A stretch of DNA of 64,000 bases from Candidatus Levybacteria bacterium RIFCSPHIGHO2_02_FULL_40_18 (GTDB lineage Bacteria; Patescibacteriota; Microgenomatia; Levybacterales; GWA1-39-11): the NCBI GenBank assembly GCA_001782235.1, contig MFOC01000007.1, positions 86,799 through 150,798 on the forward strand, written 5' to 3'. The translations under genes were made by a program, and so were the position numbers. Of the stretch, positions 17,632 through 27,195 are shown in pieces. The notes beneath the pieces are model-generated. The model did no database searches. It was not told the origin of the DNA and worked only from the letters and a program-made list of their open reading frames with translations. How positions within the stretch are numbered: position 1 is the first letter of the stretch; each line of letters starts with the position of its first letter.

Positions 17632-18966
17632 ATGGAAAAGCTCTGGAAGCAAGTTTTAGAAGAAATAGAACTCGAAGTATCAAAACCAATATTTCTCACT
17701 TTTTTCAAACCTACCGTTCTTGTTTCGCTTGAAAACTCCGTAGCAACCATTAATTCTCCAACACATATAACAGCGGAGTACATTGAAAAAAGATATTATT
17801 CTTTAATAAAAAAAGCTCTAGATAAAAAAACAGGACAAAATATAAGTATTATCTTTGCTGCAGGCGGATCCTCTCAGATAAATTTTAAAAGCAATAAGGG
17901 AGTAGGCCCTCTTTTTGTTAGCGACATAGAAAAAGATTCTAAAAAAATGCGGCCTGCAAGAATTAGGCCGGATTATACTTTTGAATCTCTGGCAGTATCA
18001 GACAGCAACCAGCTCGCCTATACGGCGGCTATGACTGTTGCCTCGTCTCCTGGAACAAAATACAATCCTCTTTTTCTTTATGGAACTGTCGGAGTGGGTA
18101 AAACTCATCTTATGAATGCTATAGCGAATAAAATTTTTGACGATAAAAAGAGCTTTAAACCCCTCTATTTAACGACGGAGGAATTCACGAACGAGGTTGT
18201 AGAGGCAATAAGAGATAAAACTACGGCAAATTTGAGAAGAAAATTTAGAAATGTTGATATACTTCTTTTGGATGATATCCAGTTTCTTGCCGGAAAAGAA
18301 AAAGTACAGGAAGAACTTTTTCATACATTTAACACTCTTATTGATAAGGGAAATCAAGTAGTTTTATCTTCCGATAGCCCCCCCCAAGAGCTTAAAAAAA
18401 TAGAAAAAAGATTAGCCTCCCGGTTTGAAGGAGGGCTCTTGGTTGACATAGAACCTCCTGACTTTGAGCTAAGATGCGCTATTTTATTAATAAAAAGCAG
18501 AAAATACGGCTTAAACCTAAGTCTTGAAGCTGCAAAAATTATTGCTGAGAAAATTGAGGACACGCGCGCACTCGAGGGGTTTTTGCTAAGACTTTCCTCT
18601 GTTTCTCAAGAAACTGACGATATCGATTTTGACCATGTTCTCTCTATTCTTAAGAAGAATAAAACATCCCCAGTTGTCTTTCATCCAGACACGATTGTTT
18701 CTACCGTCTGTTCTTTTTATAATATAAAACCAACACAGTTAAAAGGGGCAAAAAGAGATTCTTTTTTGGTAAGGCCAAGACATATTTGCATGTATCTTCT
18801 TAAAGAGGAGGCGGGCCTCACTTATGTTGAGATTGGAAATCTTCTTGGGGGTCGCGACCATTCAACCGTAATACATGCTGTGGAAAAGATTGGGAAACTT
18901 GCCTCTTCGTCTGATAAGACCCGTGAGGAAATTATGTTTATAAAAGGAAAAATAAAAGAATTTTAA
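17632..18966 (+). CDS. dnaA: Chromosomal replication initiator DnaA
   Basis: Start taken at ATG 17632 (MEKLWKQVLEEIE..); Walker A GTVGVGKTHLMNAI, LLLDDIQFLAGK, C-terminal DNA-binding ..GGRDHSTVIHAVEKI. Confidence 0.95.
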   Translation: MEKLWKQVLEEIELEVSKPIFLTFFKPTVLVSLENSVATINSPTHITAEYIEKRYYSLIKKALDKKTGQNISIIFAAGGSSQINFKSNKGVGPLFVSDIEKDSKKMRPARIRPDYTFESLAVSDSNQLAYTAAMTVASSPGTKYNPLFLYGTVGVGKTHLMNAIANKIFDDKKSFKPLYLTTEEFTNEVVEAIRDKTTANLRRKFRNVDILLLDDIQFLAGKEKVQEELFHTFNTLIDKGNQVVLSSDSPPQELKKIEKRLASRFEGGLLVDIEPPDFELRCAILLIKSRKYGLNLSLEAAKIIAEKIEDTRALEGFLLRLSSVSQETDDIDFDHVLSILKKNKTSPVVFHPDTIVSTVCSFYNIKPTQLKGAKRDSFLVRPRHICMYLLKEEAGLTYVEIGNLLGGRDHSTVIHAVEKIGKLASSSDKTREEIMFIKGKIKEF

Positions 18967-19151
18967 TTTTATTAACAAAACATGCACATGTTTATCTACA
19001 AAATATGCACAAAAAAATACGCATTGCCTTGTGGTTTTTTCCAGATATCAACACCCCCTACTACTAATACTAATATAATTATATTGCTGCATTGTTCAAT
19101 TGTTTTTATTGTTATACATATATTAATAAAGCCGTATAATAATATAATTTT
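18967..19151. other. Candidate oriC (dnaA-dnaN intergenic region)
   Basis: DnaA-box-like TTATCTACA (18992-19000), repeated ATGCACA words, then a very AT-rich stretch 19060-19150 (possible unwinding element). Confidence 0.5.
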
Positions 19152-20249
19152 ATGAAAGTCGAATTTTTAATAGAAAATATTGAAAAATTTTTACCCCTAG
19201 TTTCTAAAATTATTCCTATTCATTCACAAATTCCTATTCTTTCAAATATTCTTCTTGAGGCAACAAAGCAAGGATTTTATATAAGCGTTACAAACCTAGA
19301 AATAGGAGCAAGAATTAAAATACCGGCAAAAATTGAAGAGATGGGAGCAACAACAGTTCCAGGAAGACAGTTCGTTGAAACACTCTCATCATTACCGAAA
19401 GACAAAGCATTATTGTTTCTAGAAAAAGATGCTTTAAAAATAAAATGCAGAGGCAATAATATTACTTTTCAAACAATTACAAGAGACGAGTTCCCAAATG
19501 TTCTTGATGAGAAGGGAGAAAAAAAACGTACCTTTTCAGAAGAAGAGATGAGGAGTATATTTGAAAAGTTAATAATAGCAGTCTCGCAAGATGACTCAAG
19601 GCCAGAGCTTACGGGAATATTGTTTTCTCAAAGAGATGGAAAAACAGATTTTGTTGCAACTGACGGATTTCGTCTCTCGTTAAAGAAGATGAAGAAAGAG
19701 AAAATGCTTTTAGGTCAGGAGTCAATAATTCTCCCCGCAAGATTAATTCTGGAGGCTATGGGCCTTCCTGGAGAAACATCTTTATATATTTACAAAAAAG
19801 GCAACCAGGTAGTTTTGGAAAACGATGAAACCCTTCTTATCGGGAGACTAATAAATGGCGAGTTCCCAAACTATGAAAGGGTAATTCCAACGTCTTTTAA
19901 AACAAGTATAACTTTAGATGTCCAAGAGCTTTTGCAAAAGTTAAGACTCGCATCCGTTTTTGCAAGAGACGCGGCAAATATTATCAGGTTAATAATATCA
20001 GAGGGTAAAGTGAAAATAACAGCCCGGGCAAGTGGTATAGGTGAGGGCGAGGCAATTATTGAGGGAGAACAGGAAGGAGAAGATAATGAAATAGCCTTTA
20101 ATATAAAGTTTTTAATAGATCTTTTGAAAAACACTCAGGAAAAGACATTGGTGATGGAACTTTCAAGCCCTGTTGAGCCGGCGACATTCAAGATCCCCGA
20201 GGACCCCGACTTTTTGCACATTATAATGCCCGTGCGTGTCCAAGAATAA
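19152..20249 (+). CDS. dnaN: DNA polymerase III beta sliding clamp
   Basis: 365 aa directly after dnaA; ..SRPELTGILF.., ..FVATDGFRLS.., ..GEFPNYERVIP.. Confidence 0.9.
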   Translation: MKVEFLIENIEKFLPLVSKIIPIHSQIPILSNILLEATKQGFYISVTNLEIGARIKIPAKIEEMGATTVPGRQFVETLSSLPKDKALLFLEKDALKIKCRGNNITFQTITRDEFPNVLDEKGEKKRTFSEEEMRSIFEKLIIAVSQDDSRPELTGILFSQRDGKTDFVATDGFRLSLKKMKKEKMLLGQESIILPARLILEAMGLPGETSLYIYKKGNQVVLENDETLLIGRLINGEFPNYERVIPTSFKTSITLDVQELLQKLRLASVFARDAANIIRLIISEGKVKITARASGIGEGEAIIEGEQEGEDNEIAFNIKFLIDLLKNTQEKTLVMELSSPVEPATFKIPEDPDFLHIIMPVRVQE

Positions 20250-20251
20250 AT

Positions 20252-20755
20252 TTAATAAGTTTCCCCCTCTTCAGCGTCAGGAATAGGGGGGGAAGATGTA
20301 TTAAGCTCATAAATAAATGGAGGATATAGGGCTGATCCTTCTGTTGATTTTGTTTCTTGCGTAACTGTGATTTTTGTCCTTCCTTCCGCCCAAGAGATAG
20401 CAGGGGTGATTATCAATGAGTTTGGAACAGTGCCTTGCCGGACAGATGTTTTAACAAAAGGTTCAACAGTGTACTTTAAGTTTTCTGGGATTACAACACC
20501 ACTAAACAAAAATTCTACTGGTTGAAAAGTTAAGTAGAAAAGATCAGAGGATTGACGAGGTGAAGATCTAATAACTTGAAAAGTTTTTACCTGCGGCCCA
20601 AGTGTTGGGGAAGAGGTTATTTCTCTGGTTGGTTCGGGTGTGGTTTCGGTCCGGGGCACATAGGGTCTCAAAATTAAAGACAAAAGCAGGAAAAAAACGG
20701 GTATTACGATAATAAATAAAACAATGAATAAGTATATGGTTTTTATTTTTTTCAT
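20252..20755 (-). CDS. Membrane-anchored exported protein, last gene of the T4SS-like minus-strand block
   Basis: 167 aa, N-terminal TM IYLFIVLFIIVIPVFFLLLSLIL, P/T/S-rich linker, beta-rich C-terminus. Confidence 0.5.
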   Translation of the reverse strand: MKKIKTIYLFIVLFIIVIPVFFLLLSLILRPYVPRTETTPEPTREITSSPTLGPQVKTFQVIRSSPRQSSDLFYLTFQPVEFLFSGVVIPENLKYTVEPFVKTSVRQGTVPNSLIITPAISWAEGRTKITVTQETKSTEGSALYPPFIYELNTSSPPIPDAEEGETY

Positions 20756-20764
20756 TTTATAAAT

Positions 20765-22981
20765 TTATAAACAAAAATTTGCCGCAGTATCAATAGGTTT
20801 TCTTCCTCCTGTTCCGAGAGAGGCAAACTCAAAATGAACATGATTACAATTGGGATTGTTTGTACAAATTTTGGCCCCAACATCCCCTGATTTTCCCTCT
20901 GAAGTGCCGCTTCCCTGGTCTACATGATGGAATCTAAGCCAGTAGAGCTTACTGGAAGGGCTTGTTCCTCTATACTCTATTATATAACCGACGCCGCTAT
21001 TAGTCCTATCTTCGGAAAGTAGTATCCAGTCAAGAATCTCCCCATCAATTTTTGGAAAATACACATTTTGCCCAGGAGGGCCGGGTATGTCTTCTGCGTA
21101 GTGTATATCTTCATATATGCATAGTTCGGGCGCAGGATAGTTGAGGCCGCAATGCCCGCATTCGCTTCTTGGTGTGAACTCGCTTCCGCAGGAAACAGTA
21201 GATGCAGTTGCTCCCGGAATCGGGCATGTAGCTGAAAACAATGGCCCTGAGGGTGGTGCAACTTCGATCAGCGCGCCATAAGACCCTGCCGGAACAAGTT
21301 TTTCATACCAAAATCTTATATTCGGAGGGAAGTTTGGATTTTGTGCGAATGTACAAGGCGCATCATGCCCGTCACTGTACCTACACATAAAATCAGCAAA
21401 TCTATCATTTGATAAAAAACCGAAACTAATAAAAACACAAGCGAGGCTTTTATTAATATCATCATTTTGCTGACCCGGTGCGCACCCAAGTGGGTCTGCG
21501 GCAGGCACCCCTTGCGCCCCCGACTCCTCAATCCATAGAGCAAGAAGAAACGCAGGATTCCATCCGTTTGCAACTGCCTGCGACACAATGGTATCCCAAT
21601 TGCCAATCTTTGCATCGGGCCAGTTAGCAGTGATTTGTCCGCGAATATCTTGCGGGATTACGTTTGGGTCACGAAAGGGTATAGAGTAGTTAAGTCCTGC
21701 CGCCTGTTGTCCTCCATCTCCAGGGCCGGTCCCCTGACCCCCTCCTCCCCCGCCTCCAAGACCAAGGCTGGGAGCAAAATTGCCTGGGTTAAATATAATA
21801 ATGAATAATGCAAGAGCAAAAATTACAAGAAGACCAATTCCTGCCCATCCGATAGGCGTGAGTTTTGCGAAAAAGCCAAGCGGCTGTGTTGCTGTTTGTT
21901 CAACTATTCGTCCCGCTGTTTGGACATTGCTTAACAAAGATGGGAGTTTGTTAATCCGATCCACTAAGCCCCTTCCAAGCCTTGATCCCGGAGCGCTTCT
22001 TATAGGCGTAGTGCCTATAGGTTTCTCAAGCGGAATATATAATTTATGGGGAGGGACAGCAGGTTTTATGGCTTCAAGTCTTTTTGTTGCTTCCGAAACC
22101 GATATTTTTGGAGCCTCGCGCTTAGCCTTTTCTACGTACTTTATTTCTTTCCCCGTGCTCTCTTGGAAAGACCGAAGACTTCTTTGAATACTCTCTCTTT
22201 CGACGGTTCTCCGTATATCATTATTGCTTGCTTGGTAAGCGCTAGATTTAGTAGGGTATTGCTTTGCAAACCTATCCCACTCCCGACTCTTGATCTTCTT
22301 TTCAATCTCGTCCCAATTCTCTTCGAGCTTTCCCGCTTCAAAAAGAGCTTTTCTTGCCTTAATGTGCTCGTCTATATTGCTCTTCGCTCGATTAACAGCG
22401 GGATCTTCATCAAGGGTTTTATAAATCTTTTTTGCGCGCTCGTCATAATATGCTGCCCGGCTTTTGTTTTTTTCGCGAAATTGTCTCTCGGCATCGCTAC
22501 GAAGCGTTGGAGCATCTGGGTTGTCCAAATTGCCATAGCGATAATCTAACCATTCGTGGCTCTCAGAGGTCTTCCCGGGATTATTTTTCTGCCACTCTTT
22601 TGCTAAATTCTCCTCTATTTTTTTAAACTTAGGGTCATCCTCCAATAGATCTGGCCGCCGCCGGATAAAGAAAAGAGGAGACGCTAGAAGTCCTGCAAAA
22701 TTTGCAAAACCCCCCTGCCCTCGAGCGGTTTCTTGTGGAGCTTCAGGTTCTTGCGTGGGTATTGTTGAAATAGCCTCAAGGATTTGACTTCCTATCCAAA
22801 TACGTTCTAGTTTGTTTGGATCAACGCTCAGGTCATTTGCGCGAAGATATGCCGCCAGTTCTGCGCGAGTTTTAAAAGGAGGTACGCGGTTTTCTTTTAG
22901 ATACTCATTTGTTTCTATTGCATAGCTTTGAGCGCGCTCACGGTTATTCTTTATAAATTTTGAAATATTGTCCATTGGCAA
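20765..22981 (-). CDS. Bitopic cell-wall hydrolase candidate (VirB1/PrgK analogue): long N-terminal domain, TM, poly-Gly linker, lysozyme/SLT-like + M23-like C-terminal region
   Basis: TM IGWAGIGLLVIFALALFIIIF, GLGGGGGGGQGTGPGDGG linker, ..NGWNPAFLLALWIEESGAQG.. (glycosidase-like E-S), Cys-rich region, terminal ..NCNHVHFEF (HxH). Confidence 0.5.
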   Translation of the reverse strand: MPMDNISKFIKNNRERAQSYAIETNEYLKENRVPPFKTRAELAAYLRANDLSVDPNKLERIWIGSQILEAISTIPTQEPEAPQETARGQGGFANFAGLLASPLFFIRRRPDLLEDDPKFKKIEENLAKEWQKNNPGKTSESHEWLDYRYGNLDNPDAPTLRSDAERQFREKNKSRAAYYDERAKKIYKTLDEDPAVNRAKSNIDEHIKARKALFEAGKLEENWDEIEKKIKSREWDRFAKQYPTKSSAYQASNNDIRRTVERESIQRSLRSFQESTGKEIKYVEKAKREAPKISVSEATKRLEAIKPAVPPHKLYIPLEKPIGTTPIRSAPGSRLGRGLVDRINKLPSLLSNVQTAGRIVEQTATQPLGFFAKLTPIGWAGIGLLVIFALALFIIIFNPGNFAPSLGLGGGGGGGQGTGPGDGGQQAAGLNYSIPFRDPNVIPQDIRGQITANWPDAKIGNWDTIVSQAVANGWNPAFLLALWIEESGAQGVPAADPLGCAPGQQNDDINKSLACVFISFGFLSNDRFADFMCRYSDGHDAPCTFAQNPNFPPNIRFWYEKLVPAGSYGALIEVAPPSGPLFSATCPIPGATASTVSCGSEFTPRSECGHCGLNYPAPELCIYEDIHYAEDIPGPPGQNVYFPKIDGEILDWILLSEDRTNSGVGYIIEYRGTSPSSKLYWLRFHHVDQGSGTSEGKSGDVGAKICTNNPNCNHVHFEFASLGTGGRKPIDTAANFCL

Positions 22982-22991
22982 GACAAGCTAT

Positions 22992-25049
22992 CTATGAAGA
23001 AACTATTTTTATTCCTTGAGAGCTTTCATCTAGGTTGGCTTGCGAAATTTTTTCTTGCTCTTGAACGGGAGACGTGTTAGCAGGGGGGGCTGTCATATCT
23101 TGCGCCTGTGTCTCTGGTTGCTCTCCGGGAGCGGATTGAGCGTCAGCGATGGAGGCATCCTCGCTGACAGGCGTGGGCGACGTAGCGGTGGCTGCCTCTT
23201 CTTCATGGGCAAGAATATCTTGAGGTTTTGAGGTGATCAGATCATATTCATATTGTGACGCTATGAACTGCGCGGTTACATGGTTTTGTCCTGCAAAAAG
23301 AAGTCCTTCCCCAACCTGGGCGGTTACTAAAAATTGTTTCTCTCCTTCTGATAAAAATAACGTTTTTGCCAAAACTTCAACTTCTGACGAGTTCTGTTTC
23401 AAGAGAATTTGGACTGAGGAGTTTGAAAGAATAGACTTTCCATAGTCGCTTGACAGGAAATCTTCAATATCCTGAGTAAGGGTTGTCACGCCAAGAAAAT
23501 ATTTTCTTGCGCGCTTTGCTATCCCTTGCAAAAAGGAGGCAGAATCAGGATGCTTCATAAGATACCATGCCTCATCAACCACCAAAATTCTTTTCTTAAG
23601 TTTTGTTCTGACGCGATTCCAAATAAAATCTAAAACCACGTGCATTGCAATTGGACGCAAAACATCCTCGAGCTGTTTAAGAGAAAAGACGGTTAATTGA
23701 TTTTTTATGTTGTAATTCGTCTGCTGATTAAATAGCCCAGAGAATCCACCTTTTACATATTTTTCAAGACGGAAAGAGAGATCCCTTGCCTCCGGCTCCT
23801 CCATATTAAGTAAGGTTTTATAAAGGTCCTCCAAGATCGGCGGCTCGTTTTTGTAGGTTGCAGGATCCGGCGTTATTCCCTTTTGCTTGTAACAAAGAAC
23901 AATCGCTCTATCTAAAATTGCCTCTTGTGTTGGAGACATCTCCCCAAGCATTGTTTTTAGGAGTCCGTGAAGAGATAATATTTTTATTCCAAGCTGGGCA
24001 TCTGTCATGTCTTCTTGGAGAAGGGCAAACGGGTTAATTTTTACCTCAGAACTTTTTGAGAAGTTTATATATTCGCCATCCAAAGCATGACATAAGGTTT
24101 TGTATTCATCTTCGGGATCTATTATTAAAATCTCGGCGTCAAACATCATTTGCCGCAAAATTTCAAGCTTTACCAAAAAAGATTTTCCGGCGCCCGATTT
24201 TCCAAAGACCACTTCATTTGCATTCTCAAAAGAAAAGCGGTCAACAATCGCAAGCGAATTATTTATGGTATTCACGCCATATAGAATTCCGTTTGGATGG
24301 GAAATTTCATAAGACGTAAATGGAAAAGTTGAAGCCAAAGACGTTGTGTCCATATTGCGGGTTATAAATAGCTTGTCGATTCCTGCTGGAAGACAGGTTT
24401 TGAATCCGTCTTCCATCTGAAGCGTTGCGGGTTTTACAACCAAAAGGTTTGAGGAAAGCAAAGACTGAAGTTCTTTGGTTTTTATATCTAAATTCTCAAC
24501 TGAATCTGCTGCCAGGGTTATATATAGACCAAATTGGAAAAACCGTTCAAGACCTCGCGCTAGCTCTTCTCGGAGCGCTATAGCATCTTCAAGCCCCGCC
24601 TGAATTTTAGGATCCGGCTCAAGCCCCTGTTCCGCATCTGACTGAAGTGTTGCCTCCATCTCGGAGATTTTCCTTCGCAGGTTTCCCAAAACATCCTTGC
24701 TTTCAACCGGATATACAAACATTGATATGTTCATTGTTTCTTTATAGTCAATAAGAATTGAGAGCCAGTTTGGAGAAACCTGACGAGGGTAATCTACAAC
24801 AAAAAACGTTCTGAAAAACTTATCGCCAACTCTTATATTTTTAAAATCTACCTCAACTGAGGAGGGGGATATAAGGTCAACAACAGAAACCGAGCCTGAC
24901 TTGAGAGCATTATATCCTTGCGAGGAGGCGCGTTTTTGAGCAGGCCCCGCACCGTCCCGGTGCGGGGCAGGGACTTTCTGGATCTGAGCGTTAGCGGCGG
25001 TTGGATCCGATATAGCCTGTGTCTGTTGTTTTTTATCTTCATCAAACAT
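22992..25049 (-). CDS. virB4: VirB4/TraC-family type IV secretion ATPase
   Basis: 685 aa; Walker A VVFGKSGAGKSF, Walker B KRILVVDEAWYL, ..FLGVTTLTQD..; N-terminal VirB4-type domain (..FFRTFFVVDYPRQVSPNWL..). Confidence 0.85.
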   Translation of the reverse strand: MFDEDKKQQTQAISDPTAANAQIQKVPAPHRDGAGPAQKRASSQGYNALKSGSVSVVDLISPSSVEVDFKNIRVGDKFFRTFFVVDYPRQVSPNWLSILIDYKETMNISMFVYPVESKDVLGNLRRKISEMEATLQSDAEQGLEPDPKIQAGLEDAIALREELARGLERFFQFGLYITLAADSVENLDIKTKELQSLLSSNLLVVKPATLQMEDGFKTCLPAGIDKLFITRNMDTTSLASTFPFTSYEISHPNGILYGVNTINNSLAIVDRFSFENANEVVFGKSGAGKSFLVKLEILRQMMFDAEILIIDPEDEYKTLCHALDGEYINFSKSSEVKINPFALLQEDMTDAQLGIKILSLHGLLKTMLGEMSPTQEAILDRAIVLCYKQKGITPDPATYKNEPPILEDLYKTLLNMEEPEARDLSFRLEKYVKGGFSGLFNQQTNYNIKNQLTVFSLKQLEDVLRPIAMHVVLDFIWNRVRTKLKKRILVVDEAWYLMKHPDSASFLQGIAKRARKYFLGVTTLTQDIEDFLSSDYGKSILSNSSVQILLKQNSSEVEVLAKTLFLSEGEKQFLVTAQVGEGLLFAGQNHVTAQFIASQYEYDLITSKPQDILAHEEEAATATSPTPVSEDASIADAQSAPGEQPETQAQDMTAPPANTSPVQEQEKISQANLDESSQGIKIVSS

Positions 25050-25057
25050 AATTTATT

Positions 25058-25170
25058 TAATTCAAAACTCAAAAGTCAAAAGTTAAAAATTAAAGTTAAA
25101 ATTTAAAAGTGTTTTTAATACTTTTTACTTTTGAATTGCAATTTTGAATTTTGCATTTTGACTTTTAACT
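25058..25170. repeat. Heptamer-based quasi-palindromic spacer (CAAAAGT word family)
   Basis: CAAAACT|CAAAAGT|CAAAAGT|TAAAAAT|TAAAGT.. then the complementary ..ACTTTTG|AATTGCA|ATTTTGA|ATTTTGC|ATTTTGA|CTTTTAA; fills the whole VirB4 / upstream-gene gap. Confidence 0.7.
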
Positions 25171-25812
25171 TTACAATATTACATTCTTAATATCATTCGA
25201 ATCAAAATCCAAAGTAATAAACTCCTGATTGAATAGTTCATAGTAAAGCTTTATAAGCTCATTAGTTGAAAGTGGTCGAGCAGAGAGTCCCATTCTCTCA
25301 ACTTGCGTAGTAACATTGTTTCTTTTTGAAATAAGCGCTGATTTTACCCTCTCATTTAATGCCAGGTTTTTTTTGTCCGTTGTTTTCGCTTGTGCAGCAG
25401 AGGCTACCCCAAGCTCCAGTTGAGAAAACGGGATTACAATATAAATCTTTTTGTCTAAAAGTCCCTCACCCTTTATCAGATCTTTTATAAAATCTCTATA
25501 TAATGTTAATTGTTCCTTGACCTTAGGGTTTTGGATTCCTGCTATTTTATCCTCGATTAGTTTTATGTAACTGACAAGATCTACGCGCCGTGAGACAATC
25601 AATATTTGAATAGATGAAGAGAGAGAATTAAGAAGAGACATGTAGCCATAGATTCTTGCGTTTTGTTCATCTTGTGAGAGAAGGAAAAAATTAACGGACG
25701 AAACTTCCATAATCATACAAGCATTGCCGCCTTTTAAGAAGACAATATCGTCCTGGATGTCAACAATCTCAGTAAAATCTTGCGTGCTTGAGTGAATCTT
25801 TGACTTAGCCAT
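25171..25812 (-). CDS. Stand-alone protein resembling the N-terminal domain of Gram-positive VirB4/TraC-type ATPases
   Basis: STQDFTEIVDIQDDIVFLKGGNACMIMEVSSVNFFLLSQDEQNARIYGYMSLLNSLSSSIQILIVSRRVDL..; start moved to ATG 25812 because the first 11 track codons read through repeat words. Confidence 0.45.
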   Translation of the reverse strand: MAKSKIHSSTQDFTEIVDIQDDIVFLKGGNACMIMEVSSVNFFLLSQDEQNARIYGYMSLLNSLSSSIQILIVSRRVDLVSYIKLIEDKIAGIQNPKVKEQLTLYRDFIKDLIKGEGLLDKKIYIVIPFSQLELGVASAAQAKTTDKKNLALNERVKSALISKRNNVTTQVERMGLSARPLSTNELIKLYYELFNQEFITLDFDSNDIKNVIL

Positions 25813-25880
25813 AATCGATATAGAAATTGGTTGTAGGATTTCCATTACTAATTTCCATTTTCCAATAACTATTTTCTAGT

Positions 25881-26954
25881 CTATGCTGTTGCTTGGACTC
25901 CGCCGAATAGTTCGCGTCTTAGTTTCTCACGTGCGTCGATTGACGTAGTTTCTAGTGGATTAAAAATCTCGCCGTTCAAAGTAATTTCCGTTGCTTCAAA
26001 TTCATGATTTTTCTGTGGGTCCTCAAAATAGATTTTATAGGTGCCGTTTTGAAGCTGAGTAGCAGAGGCAAATTGTCCAAGAGCATTTGTTTTAAAGGCC
26101 CTAACCGGAATGCCGTTTGAGTCAATTACCTCAACTAAAATATTAGGCAAGGTTTTACCTCGTGCATCACGGATAATTCCAAGCACTACATTGGGGACAT
26201 CGGGTAGAGTTGGAAAGCCTCCGGTAAGGCTTGGATTTGCACGCACAGGGGTTGGCTGTGGCAGAGTTGTTTCTTTTGGAATTTCATGCCGAGTTTCCTT
26301 CATTGAAAATTCAGCGTCCCCAGCCTCTTTTTTGGGGACAGGCGGGGGGCGTTGAGCTTCCTTTGCGATTTCATCAAGTCTTTTTTTGTTCAGCTCCGAA
26401 GCCGTGTTTTCTTGATTTACCACCATAGGACTTCCTAAAACCGGCGGAGTAGAGACCGCACTTGATCCGTTTGTAAAATAGCTATTGATGGTGTCCAATA
26501 TGCGAGTTTCTGATTGATCCGGACGGAAAGGAGAATTTCTGAGTCTGCTTAATAAAACTGCTCTTTTTTCATCTTGTGGATTCGCAACCTTTGCTATCCC
26601 GCCTTGGCGGGGGGCACCTTGCTTTTTGGGAAGCTCGCCAAACACTTGAAACGTTGCCAGATTTGCACCCCTTTTTCTATATAGATAGCGATTTTCAGAA
26701 GGAATTGCTTTTGCAAAGTTGACGAGCATTACATCCATTGGTCTTCCTTCAATTGGAACAAATGCAAGAGCAACTCCTACAAGCGCAAAAGCCGCCATAG
26801 TTGGAGCTTTAATTAAAATATTGATTGGAAGTACAAAAGCAACAGTTGTTAAAATTCCAAATCCGAGAAGATATAAAAATTGCTTTACAGTAATGCTTCC
26901 AATGAGTTTAAACTTGAAACCCGTAACATCTTGCGGAATAGGGTGATTTTCCAT
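25881..26954 (-). CDS. PrgI-family (VirB3-like) membrane protein fused to a C-terminal carboxypeptidase-regulatory-like beta-sandwich
   Basis: N-term HPIPQDVTGFKFKLIGSITVKQFLYLLGFGILTTVAFVLP..ALAFVPIEGRPMDVMLVNFAKAI (PrgI pattern, 2 TM); C-term VLGIIRDARGKTLPNILVEVIDSNGIPVRAFKTNALGQFA..GTYKIYF. Confidence 0.6.
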   Translation of the reverse strand: MENHPIPQDVTGFKFKLIGSITVKQFLYLLGFGILTTVAFVLPINILIKAPTMAAFALVGVALAFVPIEGRPMDVMLVNFAKAIPSENRYLYRKRGANLATFQVFGELPKKQGAPRQGGIAKVANPQDEKRAVLLSRLRNSPFRPDQSETRILDTINSYFTNGSSAVSTPPVLGSPMVVNQENTASELNKKRLDEIAKEAQRPPPVPKKEAGDAEFSMKETRHEIPKETTLPQPTPVRANPSLTGGFPTLPDVPNVVLGIIRDARGKTLPNILVEVIDSNGIPVRAFKTNALGQFASATQLQNGTYKIYFEDPQKNHEFEATEITLNGEIFNPLETTSIDAREKLRRELFGGVQATA

Positions 26955-27143
26955 AATAACGATTTTCGCTGATTTTTTAGCTGATTTACGCCGATCTGCG
27001 GCAATCCGCCATTAATCCGCGAGAATCCTATAGCTGATAGATCAAAATGACCAATAGGTCTATCTATTAGTTATTAAGACTCTTCCGTATAAACAGGTTA
27101 CTATGTGAAAATTCTGAATGCAAGATTATCAAAATATGTCAGA

Positions 27144-27160
27144 ACCGCGTCAGACGCGGT
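27144..27160 (-). terminator. Hairpin downstream of 27196..28479
   Basis: Minus strand ACCGCG-TCTGA-CGCGGT then TCTGACATATTTTG; nearly the same CCGCGT..ACGCGG hairpin follows ssrA at 48487-48501. Confidence 0.4.
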
Positions 27161-27195
27161 CAGACTAGAGGAAAATTAAAGCTTTCTCGTGAAAA

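Noticed and set aside
21780-22549. Plus-strand ORFs of 135 and 167 aa, and similar antisense ORFs at 27758-28159, 39699-40172, 45187-45639 and 50322-50771
   Set aside because: All lie entirely antisense to long ORFs with recognisable motifs or coherent topology. Their own sequences are low-complexity with no motifs.
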